A DNA stretch of 64,000 nt, from contig JBAZTA010000004.1 of assembly GCA_041662125.1 (NCBI GenBank), positions 64,343-128,342 of the forward strand. Reading direction: 5' to 3'. The translations under genes were made by a program, and so were the position numbers. Positions within the stretch are counted from its first letter, which is position 1. Every line of letters begins with the position of its first letter. The stretch comes from Candidatus Omnitrophota bacterium (lineage in GTDB: Bacteria > Omnitrophota > Gorgyraeia > Gygaellales > Profunditerraquicolaceae). The notes beneath the pieces are model-generated. The model saw only the letters and a list, made by a program, of their open reading frames with translations, made no database searches and was not told the origin of the DNA. Shown in pieces: positions 20,601 through 31,883 of the stretch.

Positions 20601-22040
20601 TGGCAAAGCCTGAGGAACGGGTTTTCGCACAACCTGCGTATTTATCAAATCCTGATGAGCTAACTGGGAAGGAGAAAAAAGCATTGCTACAAACAAACCG
20701 ATCGAAGAAAACTTTTTTATCTGGTCACCGACATTTTGTAAGAATGATCTCTGCTGCTTCGCCGGCGTCTTGGCAATCGCGGAAGAACTGGCATTTCCTT
20801 CTTGAGAGACGGATGCAGGTTGGTCTATAAATACCGGAACATCGCTTTTTAACTCTATTCGAACAGAGGGATGTTCTACTGTCCCGCCTTCTACGAAAAA
20901 TGATATGCCTTTATCCTGGAATCGTGCAAGAGGGGAACTGCCTGCGCGTGAATGCCCGACAATCGAAGATACCACAAAAGACGACGCCCCGGGGAAAGGC
21001 ACCTGAAAGTCGGTTAAATTCATCCCTCCGGAAAAATAACTTCTGATCGACTGCCCCATCGGAGTAGAAACAGGGATTTTAATATTATATTCGCCGTCTT
21101 TAAACGACCTTTGATACTCCTTAAAATAGGTAGTCTTTGACCAGGGGGTTTGTGACGTCAAACCGTTTAAATTCTTTTTATCGATCATCCAGGAATATAA
21201 TCCGCCTTTTCCGTAAAAACGCGCCTTAAACCATTGCGCCATGATCAATGAATAATATACCTGCCTTAAAGGAGCATATCGTTTGGCAGTATTAACGTCT
21301 TTGGTAATTTTAGGGATGATGCGCTCTCTGATCAGTTGCGAAGCGTATTCATTTAAAGCCTTAAGCCGGTCATCCTCAAAATTGTAAACAGCCGATCCCT
21401 TAAGGTAATCCTGCTCCAGCATTACTTTAAGCGTTGCTTTATAGATATAGGCATTATCATTTGCCTCGCGAATGATGATCTCATTGGGAACGATCCACGG
21501 CCTGGTTAAGGTGGGAATAGTTATATTATCCGAGCCTAAAAGCTCTTCTGCTTTCTTGTATAATTTATCCCAATACTCTTTTCCTTCAGGGGTTTCAGGA
21601 GAAGTAAATTGCGCGGTATCTTTTTTAAGCTGAAGATCCGCTTCCAGAAGGACTTTACCGAGATCGGTCTTAGCCAATAAAGGGTCGATGATATTATCTT
21701 CGGCGTCCGGCCGTAAGTTAACCCAAAAAGAGTCATTGGGCAGGCTAATACCGATAAAGAAATAATTCAAGATTGTTTTAGTCGTGTCCTCAAGGGCAGG
21801 TTTATTTAAATTCCTGGCGTCGCCTTTATCTAAAAGAAGGCTAAAGTTATTGTTAAGGTTATCATAGGAAAGATAGCGTAAGTGCAAGGGCCGGAATTTG
21901 TCCTGGATGAGAGTATTACGCAGCTGCGCGAAATGGCCGGAAATATCCAACTGCCCGGCAATTTGCGCAAAACCGGACTGTTCAAAGAAAAAGCAAAAAG
22001 ACAGAAAAATAGCGATACATCTTATAACTTTTCTTGGCAT
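8625..22040 (-). CDS. Giant secreted multidomain protein (4471 aa) with an N-terminal signal peptide and multiple unrelated enzyme-like modules.
   Basis: A single uninterrupted ORF. The N-terminus MPRKVIRCIAIFLSFCFFFEQSGFAQIAG is signal-peptide-like. Motifs recognised: kinase-like DLHSNNIML...RIIDPG (~17745-17810), alpha/beta-hydrolase AHSYG (~16405), HELSH (~14360), MBL THNHTDH (~12950), PRTase-like VILCENDINTGAT (~11580), SAM-MTase ILVIGSGTGVD (~10970), nucleotidyltransferase GG...SDIDIAVYV (~10150-10230), and an APVK repeat (~19740-19880). Confidence 0.85.
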   Translation of the reverse strand: MPRKVIRCIAIFLSFCFFFEQSGFAQIAGQLDISGHFAQLRNTLIQDKFRPLHLRYLSYDNLNNNFSLLLDKGDARNLNKPALEDTTKTILNYFFIGISLPNDSFWVNLRPDAEDNIIDPLLAKTDLGKVLLEADLQLKKDTAQFTSPETPEGKEYWDKLYKKAEELLGSDNITIPTLTRPWIVPNEIIIREANDNAYIYKATLKVMLEQDYLKGSAVYNFEDDRLKALNEYASQLIRERIIPKITKDVNTAKRYAPLRQVYYSLIMAQWFKARFYGKGGLYSWMIDKKNLNGLTSQTPWSKTTYFKEYQRSFKDGEYNIKIPVSTPMGQSIRSYFSGGMNLTDFQVPFPGASSFVVSSIVGHSRAGSSPLARFQDKGISFFVEGGTVEHPSVRIELKSDVPVFIDQPASVSQEGNASSSAIAKTPAKQQRSFLQNVGDQIKKFSSIGLFVAMLFSPSQLAHQDLINTQVVRKPVPQALPANNFTGINKAVLQRSAAVVGVVRNKLSKEARTVFRNMVEKGKASNVISQEVMPVHLEIIAGIENIGQVLTATSSQGAKGLMQIREIAFRDLMQFIDELAQKEENDKVNKTNKMTKEERAAYEILKPFKKYGDIYKKYKKDAKQKNPFGATMDKLPAKAHYELGAAIYCFRVQRYVDFLSHKSPHFFNLSRSQRSSIIYNAGPMVVFKKAVPQESFDYYVIASVAEAALKNGQVDQPAQQKSPGPVKAAPVPVKASIKAPVKTSLKAPVKTPPIKPAVKVKKSSSPIADEKTVSLALKNGYVPATVLPKDPWRQTIGDGKKIWIIAQVPGSGKQQNIESLVKGLSLDSSKGFNVIAIEGEENASGSLKLFVAKNEINTAMMVQSEDTAIYYTLRENGKRSLFARELLALMLKDRSFQGSSVLLPLVRVFTLDESSESIIATEYIPGAAAVKSRLLGDQEESQNIAALKNNALLDMYCGLLLYQNDREYLSKDGALIPFDFDTALAPLYYQRDFQDIEHSYNGEGYRLRGNKEAYIQAAEKISAFILSHKEDIQNIIHKKELWPENAQYRDVSLNDKKLLAITPDMVWKFLESGARQMAASIKEWTSQNDLQSWDNRPIADLSFFSSRKSAGSPMSDSADNLGPIIESRMTSPGGTWGEGAVLSAAEQGKVAREAEKVTQFLAKYKPDSINDILAKLSFNFTFADIAKLSIGYLASGANKHAFKVDIVNNDGEVKAFSVALKLPAQNEAMFEEGEEEVLNDLWGTGFVPNLGKVFYLQANSSAPGGYEYSETKFDSGEYLTVLVEEFVDGFTLGQVDTLCGLIAGNKELRNIVQGLLRQERITTGDAAEQVKSTLMKIRTVQLMVAKNAAFLDSLVELLDALLRWDKDYKILSETQPNKNIITETLAKNVSEFLARYFFVLNKQIVLDGRMSLDLHSNNIMLEKETGALRIIDPGKTIPGSLDEFIIEMLFYYGVSASNVEKILPRLMVLLSSEQLKKLQERLYQYQDPRVTNDTVEKLMEEKGSFKKRSKNIADGIRHYFVSGAAEAVTEENQSFGSPVKASSALVAPGQNGISKFLSAAILAVTLLINPVSPLISPVQGQSYGQQTQDAARQYSQSDLKKEWNESSRILDYERARKVWELTLQYVVSPELAEYQGLTLNVQGPNPQGFLDGFKDNILVMTGSRDIIYKGKKLLYVGYVGETGKFTANHDMLRVTSDRKALLVIDENGSLYRIQVTQKRSAGSPISDSAASPLSQASWYQKTAVLLFGTVLLSISTLGCGPLIKQNYPLSVSGRIESPQQSQVSLRDVLSMHIPRVPGLYQVGAFQQDRPTVVFIHGADGSPSYFNKFLSEFEGKFNLAVFSYNYFDKINDVSALLSRQLSLYIGTDRENETVIVAHSYGAKILRDGVLNASGQAAEMFRKTSVIELAATPFGSIKATGASKVLPQIAMGLVALVGFQDQREIARAQDPGNTQMNNRGREARFEDSVNSLLSFAVQDDYHAPRTPEYQEYLQRAFTIALGSEGHGQIVEHEPLIRAIKAMIESGDMNNTRGIIEKELSGVLKSTPIVKNSSSPVDASLEAAEVSLDWQTFGNFLQGVKVTPENFMARWGDYLKGVDQQALDKVLAALKAVKEKLEEKDKKEAYSRDGDVGSAVRYDCWLRNGDVIQWLQEALGKESAVLVNTGKNKGEPGYHAYGLFKLGSQWFTIDAAADQFEPEIERSSEVGLVILPAGRGDLSVSFDGFVSFREPVKENPFGLNNEWAFNPVLLSMGDKSSIYGSIPRLEMVQSLEREVVQKEKAIVAISRLRDLKNEYLEPLFVYDQESWPLKAKYQGEPSKVEQVKSVIDKLEKALARILVGFGDSLDTSDREMLKEDIQSLKDYREVLLQQPFSTGSAVSAKASASPLQNKSPLNPGYLQKLADFHGRFYSGALEILLENSSEAEKEAKILVLIAESGFPAGLRNFYQKAVEKLEVELRKNNAQAEVIQPQELLRMFLVSEGITTDKADAFIAEAQGKISFTRYAGIPVLEIDAGYYKQFSEKVGGVLASSQAVAHLRSKPQEPSFIIKSAGDFKKENIMHELSHIIWFFLERTGSLKNINEQGEELTRGFRRFRDELCSYIVSGDNIMDIPAENLCYSKEKKVLDIVGETSVFAGLCMELAAYKKMPLRQFLYAAIRSANFEEIKNNFIALTPFANFSGQEIVARLFLDCTSNVAKKMAGEIVKKMPVGVSGEVIEEFAQEELKKRNHPSLREAFLSESASFAAQVFGYNLRQRSSGSPLQNKAEEGSRSELALSKLVVVNGSPSFSNKQQETPQIVIPGFGQGYDGADLQFILFGNLFYEASRVSSVPKNDESLKAKGFRLVDNLAIRPTYIVVNNEREALAVQMLLDLAIKKSNGFVASLVSALALEKDNPYNIINLENKTKFTVLSEDGRDVEVEVVKDGENYKFIERYGNEVKEQEIVSRKRDTNKDEHVHKTGNFTPEQFDRYHNRPAGTVSVTFMGVNDALSEEDVTNFLINIGTESIFVDPSLEAYVNLKAEKLLPSRWILTHNHTDHNAGFVQFIIEQFSESKIEAAQEGQGKNMQYIVRKANGKINTYDLIMTQEVKDDLIEVIAAYLLGGETYEKRTLQEAQGFSRQWARALLQNEKVERGFEKNGKDEIEFIDKGLGVTIVFRNHQSHPIATYGFVVTSNMGNIGYVVDTSSMDDFTWAADKLKTQDPNGENSILISENGFPAGFHLTVDQLQKAVEGSEFLQALGQQRKILLVHSKDNGAVEVGDGDQKKISEWLRRAERFETRSAGSPLAQGNLASSSASEKEKLQKYSPRLEILMADIKSAVSAEDLLQVKIRFDNLKNDIKNNEGDNYDTIIQGLEFRYLVHQDMFNDEIKEKIVNGFVEQSYMKKRFGLADSEILVYKWLKSLLAIYDLRYDTQSKQLRDLNQVYDIAIGIAGAGAFTAAMFDLMGLATTLADVHVNGETRVGRPDFAWRKDSRTGRPINPEELRGKKVILCENDINTGATLDKFLKELSAYEPGQVDIVFDFRGGTFFINKENIVKLQEKYAFFKNVHFMRLDTEISLLGLSEILGVVVDALKRVENLSSDTVAAGSPIISGYISRILRRPVLKEKEEIAALEEIIKENEYQVIGGTRDQEAYRMLRKLMYKGVMARHTAVYSPVFDYGLSLYSAEFIKDKEALPAVIKQLKSQGRDSIRILVIGSGTGVDALTAYAQVKDAGLRIRIDAIDILQEAVENTKFNLNLLFPGSNDAEVFVHKVEKEKEFETVSGKYDFIYFNSPNAVYDSQVKMEGAYQIGVTDYTRLLNGIEDHLSDIGIAIVGNTLESRKFVPPGLRAVELAVHSWDKELSRRIMFKMTKTTSSPIANTENSGFLEGVTPEEEAVVKAKIQDMLSFTRGQFDSSDRIARSSARSFVTVFSGDNLLRAGRLILEEAQNFLKELGITDPGEMRLYMTGGRLKNNGFKGVYDSSFSDIDIAVYVEYHQEVAQIIENYDYSVAPFKLLNSFSLIISKACNLMSEELRARGELREDEIFPAVFEFLHNEWGDFADLKLVEPYMLIGRINASPDNQAPPIFVLSKNQSAGSPLSNIPSLGSLMEEFKEFHSLYHSVEKNGVPGRLGLFEDTQASLSGHQEWLIRWVYGSQEVNLRKADTDENMVKLYQQFLEVALTQGVESVGEMMQEAGGQQRREGQMKGVAEQLKLTPDIVAPDKTQGIGQKPCIASLITCMAVAGYNTQTGEMALAHLAPMAEKTHAYIERVLGPFMNSGDWNAFIIYPANEIAGVLNVTDIEKYLNSTGVKVMEKIPYSENAVDIIVDPQGQAEVRNVLNKELAGSFELKKSGSSVKLLSSSPLKPGGIDLRALPIVTQPMNVPGMNVVPPLSRFENVNLNEEWQQIQDMIQAGIIPASDRIKEYLEACCFKDDINPQVEKVLACIADILRLEEDQLKPTESAFRDFLALLESDKPAGDLQVALTKIAFTAKEPVTIEQ

Positions 22041-22250
22041 GGTAAAGCGAATAAAATTTTTATACTTCTCTGTTTATTGTTGGTTTATCAGCCTTAAGAC
22101 AAGTATGCAATAATAAGGGAAGGAATAGCCAGCTTTTTCGACGGAAAATTGAAAGCGCTTTCAGGAAAATTGCGAAGAAATGACAAAAAATTTGAATATT
22201 TGTCACAAGTTGCGTGGGACAAGACACAAATAACTGGATTACTATATAAT

Positions 22251-22420
22251 GAACGGGTGGCTTGGACTGCTTTCGAACGGGGCATAAAGGCAAGGAGCGG
22301 GCACGGTGTCCGAGTGAAACGAGGACGAGCGACGCAGCCGACCTGAGTGCAGCCACGCCACGCCGGGGCGTGGCAAACGTCCCCGCGAGAAACAGTCCAA
22401 GACAGGACCCGTTCACTAAT
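22251..22420. ncRNA. Candidate structured RNA (~170 nt) with a long closing helix and a GC-rich internal hairpin. Strand and identity are undetermined.
   Basis: 5' gaacgggtggcttggactg (22251-22269) pairs with 3' cagtccaagacaggacccgttc (22399-22420). Internal perfect hairpin gccacgcc-gg-ggcgtggc (22357-22374). Local GC is far above that of the surrounding intergenic DNA. Confidence 0.3.
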
Positions 22421-22559
22421 AAAAACTGACAGATTTATTTCAAAATAAATCGAACCGTCCCCTATTCTCCCGAAATGCCAAAGACCATTGGCGTAAAAAT
22501 CGTGCTTAAGCGAAAAAACCGACAGATTTATTTAAAAAGGAATTGAGGAAAACAGAGAA

Positions 22560-23213
22560 TTAGATAATGACTACGAACTCACCGCGGGGTTTTTGCTGCG
22601 TAAACTGCTCTAAAAGCAAGCTTGCCGGGCCGCGTTTTACCTCTTCAAACTTTTTGGTAAGTTCGCGGGCACAGACAACTTCTTTTTCACCAAAAATATC
22701 ACGGATGTCTTCTAAAGTCTTAAGGATACGATGGCAAGATTCATAAAAAACAATGGTGCATTCCAAAGTTGCAAGCTCCTTCAACCGGTTATGCCGGGAA
22801 ATTGCTTTATTGGAAAGAAAACCTTCAAAAACGAATTTATGGCTGGGCTTGCCGGAAAGAACCAAGGCGTTCACAAAAGCCGTTGGCCCGGGAATGCAGG
22901 TAATTTCTATATTATTCTCTAAAGCCGCATTGATCAGGTGATATCCGGGATCAAGTATTCCCGGAGTTCCGGCATCAGAAACAAGGGCGATATTTTTTCC
23001 CTCTTTAAGCAGCCCCAGAATATGTTCACCTTTAATGATCCGGTTATGCTGAAAGTAACTGGTGGTCGCAACGTGGATATCATAATGATTGAGTAGAATT
23101 CTGGTATGGCGGGTATCTTCGCAGGCGATCAAATCAACGGATTTTAGAACTTCGATGGCGCGTAATGTTATATCTTTGAGATTACCTATAGGTGTGGCGA
23201 CTATGAATAACAT
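22560..23213 (-). CDS. rsmI: 16S rRNA (cytidine1402-2'-O)-methyltransferase RsmI.
   Basis: MLFIVATPIGNLKDITLRAIEVLKSVDLIACEDTRHT, a tetrapyrrole-methylase fold. 217 aa. Confidence 0.9.
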   Translation of the reverse strand: MLFIVATPIGNLKDITLRAIEVLKSVDLIACEDTRHTRILLNHYDIHVATTSYFQHNRIIKGEHILGLLKEGKNIALVSDAGTPGILDPGYHLINAALENNIEITCIPGPTAFVNALVLSGKPSHKFVFEGFLSNKAISRHNRLKELATLECTIVFYESCHRILKTLEDIRDIFGEKEVVCARELTKKFEEVKRGPASLLLEQFTQQKPRGEFVVII

Positions 23214-23250
23214 TGTTTAGTCCGTTAGTTTCGTTACGAAATTAACGGCT

Positions 23251-25089
23251 TTATTCTACAGTAACTGACTTTGCAAGGTTACGCGGCTGGTCAACATCAC
23301 AACCACGCTTCACCGCAATATGATAGGCGATCAACTGTAACGGAAGCACCACCAACAAGGGAGAAAACAATTCATTGCATTTCGGAATATAAATAACTTC
23401 TTTGGTCTGTAATTTTATCTTTGTATCATTGTTGCTGGCGATAGCGATTATCTTTCCCTTGCGGGCACGGATCTCCTGAAGGTTAGAGATCATCTTTTCA
23501 TAGATATGAGAATCGATGGTAATACAGACGACCGCGCGGTATTCATCAATGAGCGCAATAGGGCCATGCTTCATTTCACCGGCAGCATATCCTTCGGCGG
23601 GGATATAGGAGATCTCTTTTAACTTCAGCGCCCCCTCAAGGGCGGACGGAAAATTAACATTCCTGCCCAAGAACAAAAATGAACCAAAGTGCGAATGCCG
23701 CCGAGCTAAGCTTCCAATAGCATTTTGATTTTTTAAGATCTCTTCCTGTTGTTTGGGGATCCGGCGTAACTCTTCGATATATTTATTGATCTTCTCCGCA
23801 GGCAGTATATTCCTGATCTGGGCCAGGTAAAGCGCAAACAAATACAATGCGGCCAATTGCGCAGTATATGCCTTAGTGGAGGCAACGCCGATCTCAGGGC
23901 CGGCATGGGTATAAATCACGCCGTCTGATTCCCGGGTCAAGGTCGAGCCTAAAACATTGCATACGCACAATACCGATGCCCCCAGCTTTTTCGCCTGCCT
24001 GATACCTGCCAAAGTATCGGCTGTTTCTCCTGACTGGCTGATAGCAATGACGAGAGTACCCTCATCAATCAGCAAGTCCCGGTACCTGAATTCACTGGAA
24101 ACATCAACTACTGTTGTGATCGCGCAGACAGATTCTAAAACATACTTTCCGACAAACCCCGCATGATAGGCTGTACCGCAGGCAACGATCGCGATATTCT
24201 TAATATTTTTAAACCGCTCCGGGGAAATCTTTAATTCTTCAAAATACACCTGGTTAGTATCTTTGTGGATGCGGGAGCTGATCAAATTCTCAATGACCCG
24301 GGGCTGCTCATTAAGCTCCTTAAGCATAAAATGTTTATAGCCCTGCTTCTCTGCCTGGGTTATATCCCAGGTAATTTTAACCGGTTTTTTAATGATTTCT
24401 TTGCCGCTTAAATCGGAAATCTTATACGCGTCTTTGGTCAAAACCACCACCTCATTTTCTTCCAGAAAAATGATCTCATTGGTGGAATCCAAGATCGCAG
24501 GGACATCCGAAGCAAAGAAATTCTCATTCTTCCCCACGCCTAAAATCAATGGGCTTCCCAACCGGGTGGCAACAAGCTTATCCGGTTCTTTATTACACAT
24601 TGCCACGATAGCAAAAGCCCCCTCTAATTTAGCAATAGTTTTTTTAAGCGCATCCTCTAAGCTGCAATTTTTCAAAAATTTCTCTAACAAATGAACAATG
24701 ACTTCAGTATCAGTCTGGCTTTTAAAGGTGTGGCCTTCTTTGATCAACTCGGTTTTGAGTTTTGCGTAATTTTCGATAATACCGTTATGCACCACGGCAA
24801 TCTCATTGCCGCAATCATTATGCGGATGAGCGTTAATCTGGTTAGGCGCGCCGTGGGTTGCCCAGCGCGTATGCGCAATACCAATGGTCCCGGTAAGTGC
24901 TTTTTTATGGAGCAGTTTTTCTAAGGCGCTGATCTTGCCGGGTGATTTGCGGATAGAAATAGCTTTTTTGCCGGACAAAAGCACGGCGATACCGCTTGAA
25001 TCATACCCGCGATACTCAAGCCGCCTTAAACCACTGATCAGCAACGGTTGCGCTTGCCTTTCTCCGACATATCCAACGATACCGCACAT
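23251..25089 (-). CDS. glmS: Glutamine--fructose-6-phosphate aminotransferase.
   Basis: MCGIVGY N-terminal nucleophile start, two SIS domains, C-terminal ...KSVTVE. 612 aa. Confidence 0.95.
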   Translation of the reverse strand: MCGIVGYVGERQAQPLLISGLRRLEYRGYDSSGIAVLLSGKKAISIRKSPGKISALEKLLHKKALTGTIGIAHTRWATHGAPNQINAHPHNDCGNEIAVVHNGIIENYAKLKTELIKEGHTFKSQTDTEVIVHLLEKFLKNCSLEDALKKTIAKLEGAFAIVAMCNKEPDKLVATRLGSPLILGVGKNENFFASDVPAILDSTNEIIFLEENEVVVLTKDAYKISDLSGKEIIKKPVKITWDITQAEKQGYKHFMLKELNEQPRVIENLISSRIHKDTNQVYFEELKISPERFKNIKNIAIVACGTAYHAGFVGKYVLESVCAITTVVDVSSEFRYRDLLIDEGTLVIAISQSGETADTLAGIRQAKKLGASVLCVCNVLGSTLTRESDGVIYTHAGPEIGVASTKAYTAQLAALYLFALYLAQIRNILPAEKINKYIEELRRIPKQQEEILKNQNAIGSLARRHSHFGSFLFLGRNVNFPSALEGALKLKEISYIPAEGYAAGEMKHGPIALIDEYRAVVCITIDSHIYEKMISNLQEIRARKGKIIAIASNNDTKIKLQTKEVIYIPKCNELFSPLLVVLPLQLIAYHIAVKRGCDVDQPRNLAKSVTVE

Positions 25090-25179
25090 ATGAACACCTC
25101 GTGTGATTTTTTGATTAAACCTTCAGGATATTCCTTCGTAGCCCTACCATTATTTTACTTGCTGGAGGGCGAAGAAGAA

Positions 25180-25254
25180 CGTCCCCAACCGGATTTGAAC
25201 CGGTGTCGAAAGCTTGAAAAGCTTTTGTCCTAGGCCAGGCTAGACGATGGGGAC
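25180..25254 (-). tRNA. tRNA-Glu (anticodon TTC).
   Basis: The reverse complement is GTCCCCATCGTCTAGCCTGGCCTAGGACAAAAGCTTTTCAAGCTTTCGACACCGGTTCAAATCCGGTTGGGGACG. Acceptor GUCCCCA/UGGGGAC, anticodon loop UUUUCAA, T-loop UUCAAAU. Confidence 0.85.
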
Positions 25255-25380
25255 ATATCTATGTAAGTTTTAAAGATAAGGTTTTATAGCTGAGAAATTA
25301 AAAAAAAACGGCGGAATTAACAACCGATTTTATAGTATACACTATGGCCCAAAAAAAGTCAAATCGCAAAACGCTCTTTT

Positions 25381-27813
<2,433 letters not shown>

Positions 27814-27847
27814 ATCTGCCGTGTTGGTTTAGTTCGCCTTGGCGAAA

Positions 27848-30627
<2,780 letters not shown>

Positions 30628-30629
30628 TG

Positions 30630-31724
30630 TTAGCCTAAGCGCATCGGCAGCACGATATAAACGTAGCCATCCGTGCGAATAACGCCGGGTTTCTCCGCTC
30701 CGCCTAATTCAAACTCAACCTTTTCATCCGGAAGATTCTTTAAAACATCAATAATATAATTCGGATTAAAACCGATCACGATCTCCTTACCGTGATACTC
30801 GATTGCCACCTCTTCCCGGGATTCTCCGATATCGGGGGTCGATTTTGACACCACGAGTTTATCTTTAAAAACCTCGTATTTTACTGCCTGATAATCAGGA
30901 GTGGCGAGTAATGAAGCGCGTTTGACCGCGACCAGGAATTTTTCCCTATCGATCTTTATTTTATTTTCAGAAACTGGCGGTACGACCTGGCGGTAATCAG
31001 GGAACTCTCCTTCAATAAGCCGGGAAATAATGATCACATTGCCAAAATCAAATAAGACCTGATTGGTGCTGATAATCAGCGATACCTCCCCCTCATCTTT
31101 GAGATTACGGCTTAATTCCTGGATCGTTTTAACCGGAACAATAAAATGGAGATCTTTATTACTATTCTGTTTTAATTTATTTTCAATAATCGCTAATCGT
31201 TTTCCATCCGTGGCAACCAAAACCAGGTTATTATGGGTAATCTTAAATAATATGCCATTTAAAATATACCTGGTTTCGTCAAAAGAAACCGCAAATGATG
31301 TCAAATGCAACATCCGTTTTAATGCCGCTTGTTCTAATTTTATTACTTCTTTATCTTTAAACTCAGGTAATTTTGGGAATTCTTCCGCGGATAACCCTAA
31401 AATCTTAAATTGGCATAAACTAGTATCAATGATCACTGAATTATTTTTCTTGGTACTGATCTCTGTTTCATCATCCGGTAATTCTTTAATAATATTTCCA
31501 AATCTTCGCGCGGGGATTGTTATCGCCCCAGGTTCTTTTATATCAACAGGGATTACACAACTTATCCCGATATTTAAATCTGTGGCGGTCAGCCGTAAAT
31601 TATTTTGATATGTTTCAAGAAGGATGTTGGATAGTATTGGTAATGTTGCTTTTGTGGTAATAATATTTTGAATTATTTCAATACCATTAAGTAAAATTTC
31701 TTTTTTAACCTTAAATTTCATCAC
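30630..31724 (-). CDS. dnaN: DNA polymerase III beta sliding clamp.
   Basis: MKFKVKKEILLNGIEIIQNIITTKATLPILSNILLE. 364 aa. C-terminal ...IVLPMRLG. Confidence 0.93.
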   Translation of the reverse strand: MMKFKVKKEILLNGIEIIQNIITTKATLPILSNILLETYQNNLRLTATDLNIGISCVIPVDIKEPGAITIPARRFGNIIKELPDDETEISTKKNNSVIIDTSLCQFKILGLSAEEFPKLPEFKDKEVIKLEQAALKRMLHLTSFAVSFDETRYILNGILFKITHNNLVLVATDGKRLAIIENKLKQNSNKDLHFIVPVKTIQELSRNLKDEGEVSLIISTNQVLFDFGNVIIISRLIEGEFPDYRQVVPPVSENKIKIDREKFLVAVKRASLLATPDYQAVKYEVFKDKLVVSKSTPDIGESREEVAIEYHGKEIVIGFNPNYIIDVLKNLPDEKVEFELGGAEKPGVIRTDGYVYIVLPMRLG

Positions 31725-31883
31725 TTACCCCCAGGTTACAGCCGCCCTATTGCTTTTAATATATTAAAAGATTAATACCGTAATAGCCGTAATAATAGTG
31801 TGGTTGCTTATCTGTGCACACAGCCATAATAGATATGTTTCAAGGATGTTACAAGAAAAATAAACACGGGATAACTTCTGTAT

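Noticed and set aside
8788-21736. Numerous 60-120-aa ORFs on the plus strand and in other frames inside the giant gene (e.g. 8788-9138, 18369-18728, 19594-19890).
   Set aside because: All are antisense or out-of-frame shadows of a 13.4-kb continuous ORF with coherent domain signatures. None shows any recognisable motif.
22060-22416. 118-aa minus-strand ORF and 65-aa plus-strand ORF covering the rsmI-giant gene intergenic region.
   Set aside because: Low-complexity Arg/Leu/Pro-rich translations that coincide with the GC-rich inverted-repeat element. An RNA-level or regulatory role is more plausible than coding.
22251-22420. Identification of the structured element as RNase P RNA, SRP RNA, tmRNA, TPP riboswitch or cobalamin riboswitch.
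   Set aside because: The conserved boxes of each (GGAAAGUCCGG P4, GGAAGCAGCC, the tag-peptide/tRNA-like ends, the CUGAGA...GUAGGGA box, the B12 box) are absent. Its identity is left open.
25048-25233. 61-aa plus-strand ORF.
   Set aside because: It overlaps tRNA-Glu on the opposite strand, has no RBS and has no homology signal.
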